Assembly: GCA_000934665.2 (NCBI GenBank)
Contig: JYFJ02000549.1
Coordinates: forward strand, 1-64,000
Length of the DNA stretch: 64,000 nucleotides
Reading direction: 5' to 3'
From: Catajapyx aquilonaris
Taxonomy: Eukaryota
In this document: positions 61,601 to 64,000 of the stretch, piece by piece
Layout of the letters: each line of letters opens with the position of its first letter
How positions within the stretch are numbered: position 1 is the stretch's first letter
Translations under genes and position numbers: made by a program
Notes under the pieces: model-generated
The model's input: the letters and a program-made list of their open reading frames with translations, nothing else
What the model was told of the DNA's origin: nothing
Databases searched by the model: none

Positions 61601-63784
61601 CCGCCACCGGGCACTAGGCGAAAGTGATACAGTGCTGAAAGTCGGGTCGGGTCAAGAGGTTGCGGGATAAACCTGTGGGACGGACCAAAGATGGCGCGGA
61701 CCATGGCGTGGATCAAGATGGCGCAAGAATATCCAAATTTCTGCCCAGTCCCGGGCAGTCCCGGAGGAGGCGCTGCTGTTTTGCGCCAGATTCGAATTGC
61801 CTAACTTTGACGGCTCGCTCTGGCCTTACCGTTCGTCTCTCAGAAAAACTGCTGATACACTCGGAATCAGGATTTCTTGCCCGATTTTTAGAGCCCAACT
61901 TGCATTTTGAGTGGAGTGTCCCTTTAACGATCCATACTCTAGCACAAATATGCCTGCGCATGAATAAGTCTTATTATATTTCTATTATAAAGTGCCACAA
62001 TTGAGATTTTGATAACATAACCAGGCGTAGTTAAATTCACGTAACTGCAAATATAGCTGTCATGAACCTATCATAAATATCACCACCTAATTCCTTTTAG
62101 GCTGGTAGATTCGGAGATTCGCGGCATCAGATCTCAGGTGTAAGCAGCTGTCGATGACTTTCTATTTAAACTTTCATAATATTTATTACTGATGAGAGCT
62201 GCACAAACTTACCAGTCGCATTGAAATCACGCGTGCAATAACTTCCCCGAGTTGGTGGTCATAACCACTATCGCGCGGAGAGTGCGACATTATCCTGGCA
62301 TGTTCATTGCCATGGGAAACAATACTGCATCAACACGAGCATATTCTCATTTGCAACAATGATGAACAGTAGACAATGCTAAATGACGCGATAAAAACGG
62401 CATGTATTTTTGCAGGATTTGCACTGAGATACTGTACGTATAATTCATAATATTATTACGCAATAATAAGGACAGTGTCAATGTGCCACATGATGTTAAT
62501 TTTCCTGGATGATTTCTTCGTGCATTTTTTTACTCCACTCCATTTGTCTCACGTGACTGTAAAACAATATTACATACATTCATCTGCAATGTAAATAAAG
62601 CTGCTGGGAAATACACATCACTGTAGCATCAGGTAAACACTTGGGCATACAGTAGTTGTTTTGTACTTGCAATGAAATGTATGAATAAAAAATCACGGAG
62701 TTTATGCATATTTGTACCAAAAATCGAATGCAAGCCAATATCACCTTTATACTGTATATTTGCAACATTTAATATTATTTTACTTGTACCCTTTGCTTAT
62801 AAACTCCCAAGTAATTTCGTAAATTAAAGTAAGCTTTTAGAGTACATTCCAATAAGGATAGAATCCAGTATAAATTCAAATGCAGTACCAGCATTTTAAA
62901 AATAAACTAGGCTCTCCCCTTCACCATTTACGAAACATAGGGTTGCTTGTATGAAAGCAAATTAGATAACAGTTTACGTACATAATTATATTTACAAAAC
63001 ATAATACGACATAATCGAACCCCTTTCGAGTTGATGCAACCGGCCCATAATCCACATGACTTGCTTGTGACACCCTAAACAGATGTGGCACATGGTGATA
63101 TCCTAAGAGATAAGTAATTACCTGTTTTATTAAATAGATCCGCATTATCCTGGCCGCATATGAATTGGGCAGACGTTGTAACATATCGAAGAAAAATATT
63201 GCCCTGAAAAGGTGCAATGGGAATCTCATGTACAATATCATGTGCCATTTGAGCCACGAATGTATAATATCATTAATATGAATAGCCCAATAGAACAGCA
63301 GTCAATGTCCAGATTTAAACAGGGTAGACATGGGCCCTTGTTGTATTGGGCGATTCACATATAGGTAGACTCGCGGTTGAGTGACAGCCAGACTTACAAG
63401 TCCGTGTATAAGTCAGTCAGTCGATCGCAGGTCTACCACAATGACCTCTGGGTGCATTTTTTTGGCTGAAGATGTGGCTCTTCATGCAGAGACGTGCACT
63501 GTTGTGATTTGGATTGTGACCATGTTGACTGTGTACCTAGCTGGTTCTGTCCTGTGGCACTGCCGCCGATTCTTGAGCCTCCCGTCCCTATTGGTTGAAA
63601 GAGACGATGGCGAAAGAGAACTCCCAGCCATAGACCACTGTGATACGAAGAGTTCAAGTGACCTGAGTCATGTGTGTGTTTTTTCCAGCCAATGCTCCAG
63701 CATGTCGGACAGGGAGGAGAACTTCGAGTGCTATGGGGAGGCTGACGAACTCGACATGGACGGGGATGCTGCCAACAACAGAGG
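29766..63784 (+). CDS. RAB11FIP4: Class II Rab11 family-interacting protein (RAB11FIP3/4, nuclear fallout-like), 5' portion with N-terminal EF-hand pair; continues beyond the window
   Basis: Exons 29766-29900, 44279-44378, 52499-52557, 60803-60948 and 63689-63784 are all phase-compatible. LRDVFDLCDEDKTGYIS / VERLLQMLDPSRRGLISFDDFCQGV resemble the FIP3/4 EF-hands, and ENFECYGE resembles the FIP3/4 FEDYGE motif. Confidence 0.85.
44279..44378 (+). CDS. RAB11FIP4: Rab11-FIP exon 2 (EF-hand 2): DVERLLQMLDPSRRGLISFDDFCQGVASALQIQ
   Basis: ttccaatag|GAT acceptor, AAG|gttagt donor. Confidence 0.9.
52499..52557 (+). CDS. RAB11FIP4: Rab11-FIP exon 3: (G)SAAPSSPFGSQEEVTRGIQ
   Basis: tttcttccacag|GA acceptor (phase 1), CAG|gtgagc donor (phase 0). 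Confidence 0.75.
52570..52643. repeat. (ATT)n(ATC)n microsatellite starting 12 bp after the FIP exon 3 boundary
   Basis: Read directly from the sequence. Confidence 0.95.
54093..58113 (-). CDS. Candidate nested antisense two-exon gene, unknown ~136-aa hydrophilic protein
   Basis: Exon 1, 58072-58113 (MMAERPKEPDTTQK, donor AAG|gtaagc, phase 0), joins exon 2, 54093-54461 (acceptor ctctactttgtcccaacag|GGT, phase 0, 122 codons to TAG). Composition is charged and protein-like. Confidence 0.55.
55434..57744 (-). mobile_element. Internally deleted Helitron with both termini intact and a RepHel N-terminal remnant
   Basis: Minus strand: A|TCTAATAC...(TCTG)n 5' end; 3' hairpin CCCGAGCAACGCCGGG followed by CTAG|T; inserted in an AT dinucleotide with no TSD. 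Peptides CHHCQAKKWKGETKTICCSIGKV and QMTSFGA...FKVQRQIYHRMGSL...FLQLYF...RFNQPSRNEIAVI. Confidence 0.92.
55724..56470 (-). pseudogene. Disrupted Helitron RepHel fragment (zinc-finger-like region upstream of the Rep domain); no Rep or helicase motifs remain
   Basis: ORFs 56270-56647 and 55724-56266 are split by a stop; similarity ends near RDIVLKLRDNTL. Confidence 0.85.
58205..58218. promoter_or_regulatory. RFX X-box-like motif GTCTCCTTGGCAAC, with a perfect CRE TGACGTCA at 58397-58404, upstream of the nested antisense gene
   Basis: Close to the X-box consensus GTHNYYATRRNAAC with one central mismatch; ~90 bp upstream of the ATG at 58113 on the minus strand. Confidence 0.45.
59211..59460. repeat. 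Degenerate inverted-repeat element
   Basis: ttttacagcaatggtag ... ctaccattgctgtaaaa. Confidence 0.5.
60803..60948 (+). CDS. RAB11FIP4: Rab11-FIP exon 4: VDMSSRNFLVAPKMETEAPPSSCSPPSLTDADSALGSTASPDTHAKSN
   Basis: gaccaag|GTG acceptor (phase 0), AG|gtacca donor (phase 2); DSA motif. Confidence 0.75.
61417..61923. mobile_element. Kolobok-like MITE with TTAA TSD and ~63-bp near-perfect TIRs
   Basis: TTAA|agggacactccactcaaaatgcaagttgggctctaaaaatcgggcaa ... ttgcccgatttttagagcccaacttgcattttgagtggagtgtccct|TTAA. Confidence 0.85.
63413..63443 (+). promoter_or_regulatory. Candidate internal promoter: tandem arthropod initiator TCAGTC followed by in-frame ATG (accacaATG)
   Basis: TCAGTC at 63413-63418 and 63417-63422; ATG at 63441 is in frame with FIP exon 5. 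Confidence 0.4.
63689..63784 (+). CDS. RAB11FIP4: Rab11-FIP exon 5: QCSSMSDREENFECYGEADELDMDGDAANNR
   Basis: ttttttccag|C acceptor (phase 2), GG|gtgagt donor; FE(C/D)YGE motif. Confidence 0.85.
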
Positions 63785-64000
63785 GTGAGTCTGTACATGC
63801 ACCTAGGTTTCAGGGTCCATGCCAGTGGCATGCTGTGCAGGCAGGCAGCCCTCTGTGCTGCAGTCAAATGAGGTGCATGGTCCTATATCCTTGTAACAGG
63901 GCATTTCCTGAGTGCACATGTCGGTTGTCCTGCTGATGGAGACGTCAAATCGGTGATGTCAAGTGCTTGCCACCTTGTTCGGCTTTGTACCTGTCGAATC

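Overview
Eukaryotic, intron-rich animal DNA, most likely arthropod: the protein motifs are insect-like and a TCAGTC initiator is present. No prokaryotic features. Three conserved genes were reconstructed by hand from GT-AG junctions with consistent phases. (1) The 3' part of a PPIP5K/VIP1 inositol pyrophosphate kinase-phosphatase (+, ~989-24693). (2) A complete, very compact 5-exon Mpv17/PXMP2-family gene (-, 25122-25897, 176 aa), tail-to-tail with PPIP5K. (3) The 5' part of an EF-hand class II Rab11-FIP (RAB11FIP3/4, nuf-like; +, 29766 to beyond the window). The PPIP5K introns are CpG-poor and packed with fold-back Tc1/mariner derivatives, piggyBac-like and Sola-like MITEs, and tRNA-derived SINEs, one family carrying a V-SINE-like core. 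The FIP introns are CpG-rich and have few recognisable TEs. The two most interesting candidates are: (a) an unrecognised two-exon antisense gene (~136 aa) nested in FIP intron 3, with an RFX X-box and a CRE upstream and a Helitron in its own intron; (b) an internal initiator plus in-frame ATG that would give a Rab11-FIP isoform with an N-terminal transmembrane anchor in place of the EF-hands. All calls come from manual reading. No database searches were run.
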